In this document: in pieces, positions 17,625 to 26,407 of the stretch
Layout: every line of letters starts with the position of its first letter
Position numbering within the stretch: the stretch's first letter is position 1
DNA from: Acidobacteriota bacterium
GTDB taxonomy: Bacteria > Acidobacteriota > Terriglobia > 2-12-FULL-54-10
NCBI GenBank assembly: GCA_016199675.1
Contig: JACQGE010000177.1
Location: forward strand, 1 to 51,101
Direction: 5' to 3'
Length of the DNA: 51,101 bases
Program-made: the position numbers and the translations under genes
The notes under the pieces: model-generated
Databases searched by the model: none
Told to the model about the DNA's origin: nothing
What the model saw: the letters and a program-made list of their open reading frames with translations, nothing else

Positions 17625-20600
17625 CTAATCGCCAGGGCTCCAGGCTGGAGAAGGCTCTGCGCCGTCAATCCGCTCGGATTCCGCCTGGCCGGAAAGGTAA
17701 TAGTCACAAACAGGCTTGCCAAACTTGTAGAATAGAGCTGGTGTCACCACCCAGTCTAGAAGTGTAGAACTGATCAGGCCGCCAGCGACCACCGCCGCAA
17801 TAGGTTGTAGGAGTTCTTTTCCCGCTTCCCCCTTGGCGAAAACCCAGGGCAAAACACCCAAGATGAATGCCAGGGCGGTCATTAAAACAGGGCGCAACCG
17901 CTCCAAGGTTCCTCGAAAGATCATCTTCTCGTCAAATTTCTCCCCTTCGTAGCGAACCAAGTGGATATAGTGGGAGATCATCATAATGCCATTGCGCGAA
18001 GCAATGCCTCCCACCGTGATGAACCCGATCAGGGAAGCTACTGACAGCACTCCCCCGCTTAAATAAACGGCGATCACTCCTCCCACCAAAGCCAGGGGGA
18101 TGTTTGCCATGATTTGCAAGGCCACACGAGGAAACTGGAAGTGGCCATAAAGCATCAAGAAAACCCCGAGGGTGGCAAATACCGATAAAATCAAGATTAA
18201 ACGCATCGCTTCCGCCTGGTATTGGAACTGTCCTCCATAGATGATGAAGTACCCCGGAGGAAAGGAAATCTGGCTGGCCACACGTTCCTGCAATTCTGTC
18301 ACGGCGCTGCGCAAGTCCCGGCCTGCCACATTCGCTTGTACCGCGATTCTCCGCTGAGCATTCTCGCGCAAAATCAGGTTCGGGGTAGTCCGCAATGAAA
18401 TGTCAGCCACCTGGCGGACGGGTATCTTGGCTCCGTTGGGCGTGTCAATCAGGACTTCGCCAATAGAATTGATGTCATTGCGAAAAGGCTCGTCCAGCCA
18501 CACAACCAAGTCAAAAGATCTCTGGCCATCCAGGATTTGGGAAACAACGCGTCCGCTCAAGGCGGTTTCCAGCACGTCGTTGACCTCCGCGACCTGGAGA
18601 CCATAGGTAGCGGCCCGCTGGCGGTCCACCGCGATCGCCACTTCGGGAACCGGCGTTTGTTTCTCCACCAAAACATCCACCATGCCCGGCACGGTTTTCA
18701 TGATCGTTTCCAGTTCAGCAGCTTTCTGACGGATCACGGGTAAATCGGGGCCAAACACCAGGACAGCAAGCTGTGCCCGAACTCCGCTCTGCATATGTTC
18801 CAGGCGGTGTGAGATGGGCTGGCCGATATTCACCGCCACTCCGGGCAAGATGGAAAGCTGATTCCGGATATCCGCCATGATCTGGTCCTTATTCCGCACC
18901 TTCTGGTCCAGATTCACCTCGATTTCCGTGGAGTAAACCCCTTCGGCGTGCTCATCCAGTTCCGCTCGGCCTGTGCGGCGCCCCGTGGAGATCACCCCAG
19001 GAACCTCCCGGATCCTTTTCTCCGCCAACCGTCCGATCTCGTTCGATTCGCTCAGGCTGATTCCAGGCTCTGCCAGGACAGTCGCCGTCAACGTGCCCTC
19101 ATTGAAAGGAGGCAAGAATTCGCGTCCCATCAGGGGGATAAAAGCGACTGCGAGCAAGACCAGGAAAGCGGCAGCTATCAGAACTTCCCAGGCGTGCGGA
19201 AGAGTCCAGCGCAACAGGTGGGTCTGCTGCTTCTTCAACCAGCGGACCAGCGCAGCATCTCCGGGTTTTTCCATGAAGGGAGCGTTCGGCAGCAGGTAAT
19301 AACACATCACCGGAGTCAGCGTCAGCGAAACCACCATGGACGCCAGCAATGAAACAATGAAAGCCACTCCCAAAGGAGCAAACATGCGGCCTTCCACTCC
19401 CGTCAGGAAAAAGAGAGGAAGGAAGACCAGCACAATGATGAACGTGGCATATACAATCGAATTCCGGATTTCGCAGGATGCGTTGAAGATGACCCGTAGC
19501 GGGGGTTCCGGTTCTCCCCGTTCTTTGTTCTCCTTTAACCGCCGGTAGACGTTCTCCACATCTACAATCGCGTCATCAATGATCAGCCCGATCGCTACCG
19601 CGAGCCCTCCCAGCGTCATGGTGTTGATGTTTAAGTCAAAAAACTTCAGAAACAGGAAAGTGATGAGGAACGAGAGCGGAATCGCTGTGAGGTTAATGAT
19701 AATGGTGCGGAAATTCGCGAGGAAGATCAGCAGAATGAGGGCAACCAGAATTCCCCCTTCCCAGAGACCTTCCTTGACGTTGTCAATGGCCCGCTCAATG
19801 AAATCCGCCTGCCGGAACACATGCGTGTTCATGGTAATTTCCGGCGGCAAGGAAGCCTTGAGCGTGTCCAACGCCTGGACCACGTCCTTCGTCAGGGGAA
19901 TCGTATTGGAATTGGGCTGCTTGTAGATGCTCAGGAGCACCGCCGAGGCACCATTAAACCCTGCGCTGCCCCGCATGACGGGAGAGCCCAATTGGAGCCG
20001 GGCGACATCCCGCACAAAAATCGGCTGATCATTCCGGAAAGCGACTACCGTGGACCCGATATCCTCCAGCTCTGTGGTACGGCCCACATTCCGGACCATG
20101 AATTCCCGATTGGGACTGAGCAGAAAACCGCCGCTCGTGTTTTGGCTGGAAGCGCCGACGGCGAGTTCCAAGTCATGGAAGGTAACGTTATACTGCCGCA
20201 ATCGGTCCGTCGAAGCCAGGACCTGATACTGCTTCACGCCGCCGCCGATGACGGTCACCTGAGAAATTCCAGGAATCGCCAGAAGCCGCGGCCGAAGAAC
20301 CCAATCCGCCAGGGTCCGAATCTCCAGGGGAGAAATCTTCTCCGGGTCTGCCTGCAACGCTACCAGCATGATCTCGCCCATGATGGAGCTAATTGGACCG
20401 AGCACCGGCGTTACATTGGTTGGCAGGCGTCCCCTGGCCAGTTCCAGCCGCTCGGTCACTACCTGTCGGTCCCGGTAGATATCTGAACCCCAGGCAAACT
20501 CCACAAACAACAGCGAAAGTCCTACGCCGGACTGAGAGCGGATGCGCTCGACGTTTGTTGCTCCATTCAGCGCATATTCCAGCGGAATCGTTACCTGGAG

Positions 20601-20789
20601 CTCGACTTCTTCGGGCGACAGCCCAGGCGCTTCCGCAAACACCGTAACAATCGGACGGTTCAAGTCCGGAAAGATGTCTACGGCCAGCTCCCGATAGACT
20701 ACATAGGTCCCATAGAGGAGCACAAAGATGGAAAATGTGATGACGAAGAGCCGATGTTCCAGGGAGAAACGGATAATTCGATCAAACAT
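17625..20789 (-). CDS. CzcA/CusA-family HME-RND efflux permease (divalent-cation type)
   Basis: 1054 aa; DIFPDL, PEEVE, GLAVAIGLIIDDAIVDVEN, RAELDEHA, QPISHRLEH, ERLRPVLMTA. Lacks the CusA Met triad. Confidence 0.92.
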   Translation of the reverse strand: MFDRIIRFSLEHRLFVITFSIFVLLYGTYVVYRELAVDIFPDLNRPIVTVFAEAPGLSPEEVELQVTIPLEYALNGATNVERIRSQSGVGLSLLFVEFAWGSDIYRDRQVVTERLELARGRLPTNVTPVLGPISSIMGEIMLVALQADPEKISPLEIRTLADWVLRPRLLAIPGISQVTVIGGGVKQYQVLASTDRLRQYNVTFHDLELAVGASSQNTSGGFLLSPNREFMVRNVGRTTELEDIGSTVVAFRNDQPIFVRDVARLQLGSPVMRGSAGFNGASAVLLSIYKQPNSNTIPLTKDVVQALDTLKASLPPEITMNTHVFRQADFIERAIDNVKEGLWEGGILVALILLIFLANFRTIIINLTAIPLSFLITFLFLKFFDLNINTMTLGGLAVAIGLIIDDAIVDVENVYRRLKENKERGEPEPPLRVIFNASCEIRNSIVYATFIIVLVFLPLFFLTGVEGRMFAPLGVAFIVSLLASMVVSLTLTPVMCYYLLPNAPFMEKPGDAALVRWLKKQQTHLLRWTLPHAWEVLIAAAFLVLLAVAFIPLMGREFLPPFNEGTLTATVLAEPGISLSESNEIGRLAEKRIREVPGVISTGRRTGRAELDEHAEGVYSTEIEVNLDQKVRNKDQIMADIRNQLSILPGVAVNIGQPISHRLEHMQSGVRAQLAVLVFGPDLPVIRQKAAELETIMKTVPGMVDVLVEKQTPVPEVAIAVDRQRAATYGLQVAEVNDVLETALSGRVVSQILDGQRSFDLVVWLDEPFRNDINSIGEVLIDTPNGAKIPVRQVADISLRTTPNLILRENAQRRIAVQANVAGRDLRSAVTELQERVASQISFPPGYFIIYGGQFQYQAEAMRLILILSVFATLGVFLMLYGHFQFPRVALQIMANIPLALVGGVIAVYLSGGVLSVASLIGFITVGGIASRNGIMMISHYIHLVRYEGEKFDEKMIFRGTLERLRPVLMTALAFILGVLPWVFAKGEAGKELLQPIAAVVAGGLISSTLLDWVVTPALFYKFGKPVCDYYLSGQAESERIDGAEPSPAWSPGD

Positions 20790-20850
20790 CTCTTATCTCC
20801 GGGAAGAATCCGTCAACCAAGCGCGGAACTGCCGGCCTGACGTTTGCAAA

Positions 20851-22698
20851 TTAACCCTGCGGGAGCGCAGCCGTTGTTGATTCTTCCTCTTGCCGGAACG
20901 AACCTAATAAACCCGCGCCTTTGACAATTACCTGGTCGCCTTCTTCCAGGCCGGAAAGAACCTGCCACCATCCGTCCTGCTTGATGCCGACCTCGATCTT
21001 CAGCGGTTCAAACTTCTCCGAGTTGCGGGCAACATAAACATACTGTCTGTCCCCTTCATCCACCACGGCCTGCGCCGGCACCACAATACCTCGCTGTTGA
21101 CGGGAGAAATCCACGCGGACAAAGGACCCCAAGGCCAGCCGTTGCTGCGGATTGGCAACATCTACCAGCACGCGCAAAGTGCGGCCCGTGGGTTCTACGG
21201 CGTCATCAATATAGTGAACCGTACCCGGGAGAGAGTTGCCGCCTCCCTCGGCAGGGAAGACCCTTGCCAGGTCTCCTGCCTTTACTTTCCAAACATCGTA
21301 GAGGTAGACCTGGGTCCAAACCCATACCCGGCTGGTATCTGCAATCGTAAAGAGTTTTCGAAACTCTCCGGTTACATCCAACTGCCCCGGGACAAAATCC
21401 ACCGAAGTGATGGTTCCGCTGATCGGCGATGGCACTCCCGTTTTCCGTGGGTCGCGGAGCTTGATCACATTGACGTAGTTTTTATCCTGAGTCTCAATTT
21501 CGTCGTAAATCTTTTGGGCCTCGTCGTAGAGTTCCTTCGCCCATTTCAAATCCAGCTCATAGGCCGGGTTCGCCGCAGACAGTTTCTGAAATCGCTCGTA
21601 CTCCACCTGCGCGGCATCCAGATGCTTCCTGGCTTCTTCCAGAGTACCTTTAATGTTTTTCTGTTTTTCCAGCATCGGACCCCGTTCCGCCTGAGAAAGC
21701 TCCAAAGTCAGCAGGACAAGTTCCTGGCCTTTCTCTACCCGGTCCCCCGGCACCAGCGGTTTCTTAGAAAATTCAATGCTTCCCCAGAACGGGGAATAAA
21801 CTTCCGCCGTCAGCCGGGCATCCGGCGACACCGTACCAAAAGCCGCCACGGTTTCCCCGAGCGAAACCTGTTTGGCAGCCGCCAGGGCCAGTCCCAATTC
21901 CTTCTGCACTGCTTTCGGAATCGTGTACGATCCGTCTTCGTTCAATTCCACCGTCTCGGCAGCGCCGCCTGCCAGTTTGGGTTTACGCATCGCCAGAACC
22001 TGGTCAATGATGAAAAAGTTCATCAAGGCGACCACCACAACCAAGGAAGCCGCCCCAATAGTGATCGGCCGGATCATCTGCGGGAGATGCCCTCCCCTGA
22101 GGCGCACCTTCCATAGCTGCATTCCCGTCAGCCCGAGGATCAGCAACGCCACCGCCAGATTGACCCAGAATCGGAAAAAGGAAGCCATGTTCGCCTGGAC
22201 CGCAACGGGAAAGTCCAGCGTCAACTGATCGCCCACCTCGCTGTGAACCACGAACCGCAGCAATAAAGTGCCGCTGTCCTGAAAGCGATATTCCGCAATC
22301 CCGAAGACGCCCTCTCCTCCTTCAGGATGGACTGGCAGGTGCGGTTGCAGGACTTTTTGAGTTTTGGCATCCAAGATCGAGCCTTCTGGCAGAATGCCAA
22401 CCGGCACTTCCGATCCCAAGAGCGGGTCTGGCTTCGGCAGCAGACGCTTAACCGTCAGCTCAATGTTGGTGATCTCCCCCACCGTCGGCAACGCGGGAGA
22501 ATGCATGAGTTCGATCCGGTATTTCCCGCCGGCAGCTTCAACAATGCGGGTGATATTCTGCTGCCCGCCTCCCTCTACTTCCCCGTGCGCCCATCCTTTG
22601 AGAGGGACCAGAAGTCCCGCTCCCAGCAGGAGAAAACCCAGTGAGCTTCTGACGCCGATCTTTTGTGCAAGCCAGCGATTCGCAAGTTTTCGCTTCAT
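20851..22698 (-). CDS. RND periplasmic adaptor (MFP) fused behind an extra periplasmic beta-domain and a TM hairpin
   Basis: Signal peptide (GWA|H), ~130-aa beta-rich domain, two hydrophobic helices, then MFP motifs (GDRVEKGQEL, SPISG, RTLRV, VVPAQAVV, GLEEGDQVIVKG). Confidence 0.85.
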   Translation of the reverse strand: MKRKLANRWLAQKIGVRSSLGFLLLGAGLLVPLKGWAHGEVEGGGQQNITRIVEAAGGKYRIELMHSPALPTVGEITNIELTVKRLLPKPDPLLGSEVPVGILPEGSILDAKTQKVLQPHLPVHPEGGEGVFGIAEYRFQDSGTLLLRFVVHSEVGDQLTLDFPVAVQANMASFFRFWVNLAVALLILGLTGMQLWKVRLRGGHLPQMIRPITIGAASLVVVVALMNFFIIDQVLAMRKPKLAGGAAETVELNEDGSYTIPKAVQKELGLALAAAKQVSLGETVAAFGTVSPDARLTAEVYSPFWGSIEFSKKPLVPGDRVEKGQELVLLTLELSQAERGPMLEKQKNIKGTLEEARKHLDAAQVEYERFQKLSAANPAYELDLKWAKELYDEAQKIYDEIETQDKNYVNVIKLRDPRKTGVPSPISGTITSVDFVPGQLDVTGEFRKLFTIADTSRVWVWTQVYLYDVWKVKAGDLARVFPAEGGGNSLPGTVHYIDDAVEPTGRTLRVLVDVANPQQRLALGSFVRVDFSRQQRGIVVPAQAVVDEGDRQYVYVARNSEKFEPLKIEVGIKQDGWWQVLSGLEEGDQVIVKGAGLLGSFRQEEESTTAALPQG

Positions 22699-23600
22699 GG
22701 CGACACCAATTCGACTTCACCGATCATCCCGAACCGCAAGTATTCTCCAGGGTTCTCCACGCGGAACAGCACCTCGCGCACCCGCGTCAGCGGGTCCACC
22801 ATCGGGGGCACCACTTCCAGATGGCCGATATAGGTTTTTCCAGGGATATTATTAAAGCGGATTCTGATTGTTACTTTGTCCTGAAACGGGCGGCGATCGG
22901 CCTCTGGAAAACGCGCTGCGACCCCAACCTCCTTGAGATTGGTAATCCGATATAGCATATATCCTTCATTGACTACCTGGCCCTGCGTGAAATTGACCAG
23001 GCTGACGTCTCCCTCAATCGGAGAAAAAATCCCGCGCCGCACCAGATCGCTTTGCTGAATCTGGGAATCCTGCTGTTCCAGAAGAGCTTTGGCCTTGGCG
23101 TATTCTGCTTGGGCCACTTGCTCCTCGGCGCGCAATGCCTGCACTTCCTGGCCGGACGTGGAACCCAGCTTCAGCAGACGCTCGGACTTCTCCCGCGCCA
23201 CACGCGCTTGTAATGCAGCGTAACGCGCATTCAACATCGCGGACAGATAATCCCAGCGGACTGTCGAAAGGTGGACCCAATCGTGCAAATTGTAGCGGTG
23301 CTCGATGATGGAAAGCGGGGCGCCTTTCTTTACTTTGTCTCCCACGCTGAGCGGTTGTGCGGTAGCCGGGATAATACGGCCTGTCGCCGGAGCATATACC
23401 TCAACGACCGTATTCGGCAGCGGTACAACCTTTCCTAGCACCATTCCTTGCTGGGCCCCGGCGGGAACGGTCAGACAAACAAGGAAGCCCACTGCCCACA
23501 TCAGCTTTTTCCGCCAGGCAATAGGACAGACACTACCCACGACGGGTTCCCGTCTCCAAGAATCCGTGGAGAGTCTGTTGATGCGCATTTTCTTCTGCAT
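22695..23600 (-). CDS. second, short RND periplasmic adaptor (MFP)
   Basis: APATGRI, VGDKVKKGAPL, alpha-hairpin, SPIEG, VDPLTR, LRFGMIGEV. Stops right after the beta-barrel; start uncertain. Confidence 0.82.
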   Translation of the reverse strand: MQKKMRINRLSTDSWRREPVVGSVCPIAWRKKLMWAVGFLVCLTVPAGAQQGMVLGKVVPLPNTVVEVYAPATGRIIPATAQPLSVGDKVKKGAPLSIIEHRYNLHDWVHLSTVRWDYLSAMLNARYAALQARVAREKSERLLKLGSTSGQEVQALRAEEQVAQAEYAKAKALLEQQDSQIQQSDLVRRGIFSPIEGDVSLVNFTQGQVVNEGYMLYRITNLKEVGVAARFPEADRRPFQDKVTIRIRFNNIPGKTYIGHLEVVPPMVDPLTRVREVLFRVENPGEYLRFGMIGEVELVSP

Positions 23601-23603
23601 TCC

Positions 23604-24155
23604 TCAACTGCCGGAAGCCGCTTGCAACAAATACATTCCTCGGCGAACCGCCTTCAGCAGCGATTGGCCTGCGTTAGCGTCTCCGGCATAACGTATATCC
23701 TGACCCAGGGCCAGGGGGGACTTGCTATTCTTTCCCTGGAATTGATCCAAAAACTCCTTCGCGCTCAACTTCGGATCGTCCCCGTTTTCCACGACGACCA
23801 CTCGGCTCACGGAACCATCTTTTTTGAATCCGATTGCCAAGTCCACAGCTCCTTTCGGCCCTCGCGCATCAATCAAGACCACGGTTCCGAGCACTCCGGA
23901 GCCATCGGCGCTCTTGCCAAGCGCCACATAATAGGAGAACGGGTTATCATTGCGTTGCAACTTGCTTCCAGAAAGCTGTTCGATGCGTTGGATCTGTTCC
24001 GGGGTCAGTGTCTTCTTTCGGGCCGTAAACCCCGTGGCTTCCGGAAAAACTTTTTTTAGCGTTTGCTCGGGAAACCCTGTCTCGTGGGCTTGTATCAATA
24101 CGGTGGACGCCAACCCCAGGAGCAAGCAATAACCTGTGATACCCCTCCTGCTCAT
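23604..24155 (-). CDS. exported FMN-binding-like (RnfG/NosR-type) domain protein
   Basis: Signal peptide (IQA|H); 'LKKVFPEA', 'GPKGAVDLAIGF..DGSV' and 'FLDQFQGK' resemble FMN_bind proteins; strong SD GGAGGAG. Confidence 0.72.
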   Translation of the reverse strand: MSRRGITGYCLLLGLASTVLIQAHETGFPEQTLKKVFPEATGFTARKKTLTPEQIQRIEQLSGSKLQRNDNPFSYYVALGKSADGSGVLGTVVLIDARGPKGAVDLAIGFKKDGSVSRVVVVENGDDPKLSAKEFLDQFQGKNSKSPLALGQDIRYAGDANAGQSLLKAVRRGMYLLQAASGS

Positions 24156-24313
24156 GATTCTCCTCCCCTAGTATTCGCTTATATCATTTTAGCTCAATAA
24201 TATTCCAGGAAAAAGCGGCGCAGCAACGAAATCTGCGTTGCATTCTGAGGAGGCCTTTAATCCGACCATACACACCTCTTGCCTAGTTTTCGATAGTATG
24301 CTGTTTTACGATA

Positions 24314-26407
24314 ATGCGAATTGCCATAGACACGGGCGGAACGTTCACCGATTGCATCGTCATTCGAGGTTCTCAAATCCGTGTTCTCAAAATCTTTACC
24401 AGCCCCGACGACCCAGCGCGGGCTATCTTGGAGGTAATCCGTTCCATGGTCGGGGCAAATGCCCGTCATTCGCTCCTGATTCTCCATGGCACTACGGTAG
24501 GCACCAATACACTTCTCGAACGAAAGGGAGCCAAGGTCGCTCTCGTTACTACCGCCGGATTTGAGGATTTGATCGAGATCGGGCGCCAGAACCGCCCGCG
24601 GCTTTATGATCTGAATGTACAACGCGAGCCTCCCATCGTTTCGCGGGTGCTTCGCTGGGGCATCCGGGAAAGGATTGCGCCCGACGGGGCCATTCTGATG
24701 AAGCCCTCAGTTTCCGCTCTCCGCCGCCTGAAGCAAGAAATTCGGCATTCCGGCGCCGAGGCCATTGCGATCTGCTTCCTTTTTTCCTTTGCTAATTCTG
24801 CTAATGAACGCGCGGTAGCAAAGGCACTTCAGACACTCGGTCTGGCGCTTTCCGTTTCCCATGAAATTCTTCCTGAATTCCGCGAATATGAGCGGGTATC
24901 TACGGTGGCCATCAACGCTTATCTGGCTCCGCGAATGGGCCAATACCTGGCTCGTTTGGAGAATGGAGCGAAGCGCTTCTTCTCCTCGAAAACCCCATCC
25001 GTACGATCCACAAATCCTGCCCGACCTCCGCTCACTTTCGTTATGCAGTCTAATGGCGGCGTCACCAGCGCCGCGCGGGCTATCCGCGAACCGGTCCGGA
25101 CCATTCTCTCCGGGCCTGCGGGCGGCGTTGTTGCGGCGCGCTGGTTGGCGGATTTATTAGGACGCAAACGTGTTATCAGCTTTGATATGGGCGGCACCTC
25201 CACCGACGTTTGCCTGTTAGATGGCCCTGCGCGCACTACACACGAAACAGTTTTAGGTGGCCTGTCAGTCGCCGTCCCAGTTCTCGACGTGCATTCGGTC
25301 GGGGCCGGTGGGGGATCACTGGCCCGCCTGGACGCCGGCGGGGCCCTGCGTGTCGGTCCGGAAAGCGCCGGCGCGATGCCGGGGCCGATTTGTTATGGCC
25401 GGGGCGGCGTGCAGCCTGCCGTTACCGATGCCCATCTACTCCTTGGCCGCCTGGATTCGGAATATTTTCTGGGCGGGGAATTTCGGCTCGATCTGGAGAG
25501 AACGAAACGTGGATTTGAATACTTCCTGCGTGCCCAGCCGCGAGCCTTTCGGAGTCAACTCAACAAGCTCATGACTCCCCTAGATTTAGCCCGGGGAATT
25601 ATCGTCGTCGCTAACGCTACCATGGAAAAGGCCCTGCGGGTCATTTCCATCGAACGAGGTCATGATTCGCGCGAGTTCTCCTTGATCTGCTTTGGCGGCG
25701 CAGGCGGACTTCATGCGGTAGAGTTGGCACGGGCGCTCGGCATCCGGCGGGTGATTGTGCCGCAGAATCCCGGCGCTTTCTCTGCGCTCGGAATCTTACT
25801 TTCCGACGTCGTCAAAGACCTTTCCCAATCGGTCTTGCTTTCGGTCCCCAAAGAAACTTCCCACTCGGCGCAAAGGCGGCGATTCTTCCAGCAACTCGAG
25901 CAACGCATGCAGCAACTGGAGCAGGCAGGCCGCGCCGAACTGCGGAAGGATCGTTTTCCCGCAGAAAAGGCTCAGGCCCAGTGGCGGCTCGATGTGCGCT
26001 ACGTGGGCCAGAGCTACGAACTCTTGGTCCCTTTTACACTAGCCTTCGTGGAAACTTTCCATCAAGAGCATGCGAAGAACTATGGATACGCCGATTCTGC
26101 GCGACCCATCGAAATTGTCAACCTACGGCTTCGATTGATTTTGCCGACCGCCAAACCCAAAATTGCGCCGGAGCGCCGTATTCCCGCAGCCGATGTCCGA
26201 AGCGCTGCCCTTGCGAAAAAGGGAGTTTGGTTTGGCAGGCGTCTGTATCGGGCTGGCTTCTATCAGCGGGAGAAGTTGCTCCCCGGAACGCGACTGGAGG
26301 GCCCAGCCATTGTGGTAGAGTACAGCTCAACGACCATTGTCCCGCCGGATTTTGTCTGTGGCGTAGATGAATATCGTAATCTGGTATTGACTTGCCATGC
26401 ACAGTGA
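24314..26407 (+). CDS. hydantoinase/oxoprolinase family, ATP-binding subunit A
   Basis: DTGGTFTD, HGTTVGTN, SGPAGG, DMGGTSTD, GPESAGA.PGP, FGGAGGLH. Confidence 0.93.
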   Translation: MRIAIDTGGTFTDCIVIRGSQIRVLKIFTSPDDPARAILEVIRSMVGANARHSLLILHGTTVGTNTLLERKGAKVALVTTAGFEDLIEIGRQNRPRLYDLNVQREPPIVSRVLRWGIRERIAPDGAILMKPSVSALRRLKQEIRHSGAEAIAICFLFSFANSANERAVAKALQTLGLALSVSHEILPEFREYERVSTVAINAYLAPRMGQYLARLENGAKRFFSSKTPSVRSTNPARPPLTFVMQSNGGVTSAARAIREPVRTILSGPAGGVVAARWLADLLGRKRVISFDMGGTSTDVCLLDGPARTTHETVLGGLSVAVPVLDVHSVGAGGGSLARLDAGGALRVGPESAGAMPGPICYGRGGVQPAVTDAHLLLGRLDSEYFLGGEFRLDLERTKRGFEYFLRAQPRAFRSQLNKLMTPLDLARGIIVVANATMEKALRVISIERGHDSREFSLICFGGAGGLHAVELARALGIRRVIVPQNPGAFSALGILLSDVVKDLSQSVLLSVPKETSHSAQRRRFFQQLEQRMQQLEQAGRAELRKDRFPAEKAQAQWRLDVRYVGQSYELLVPFTLAFVETFHQEHAKNYGYADSARPIEIVNLRLRLILPTAKPKIAPERRIPAADVRSAALAKKGVWFGRRLYRAGFYQREKLLPGTRLEGPAIVVEYSSTTIVPPDFVCGVDEYRNLVLTCHAQ

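Noticed and set aside
21097-22116. 339-aa plus-strand ORF
   Set aside because: Antisense shadow of the adaptor gene.
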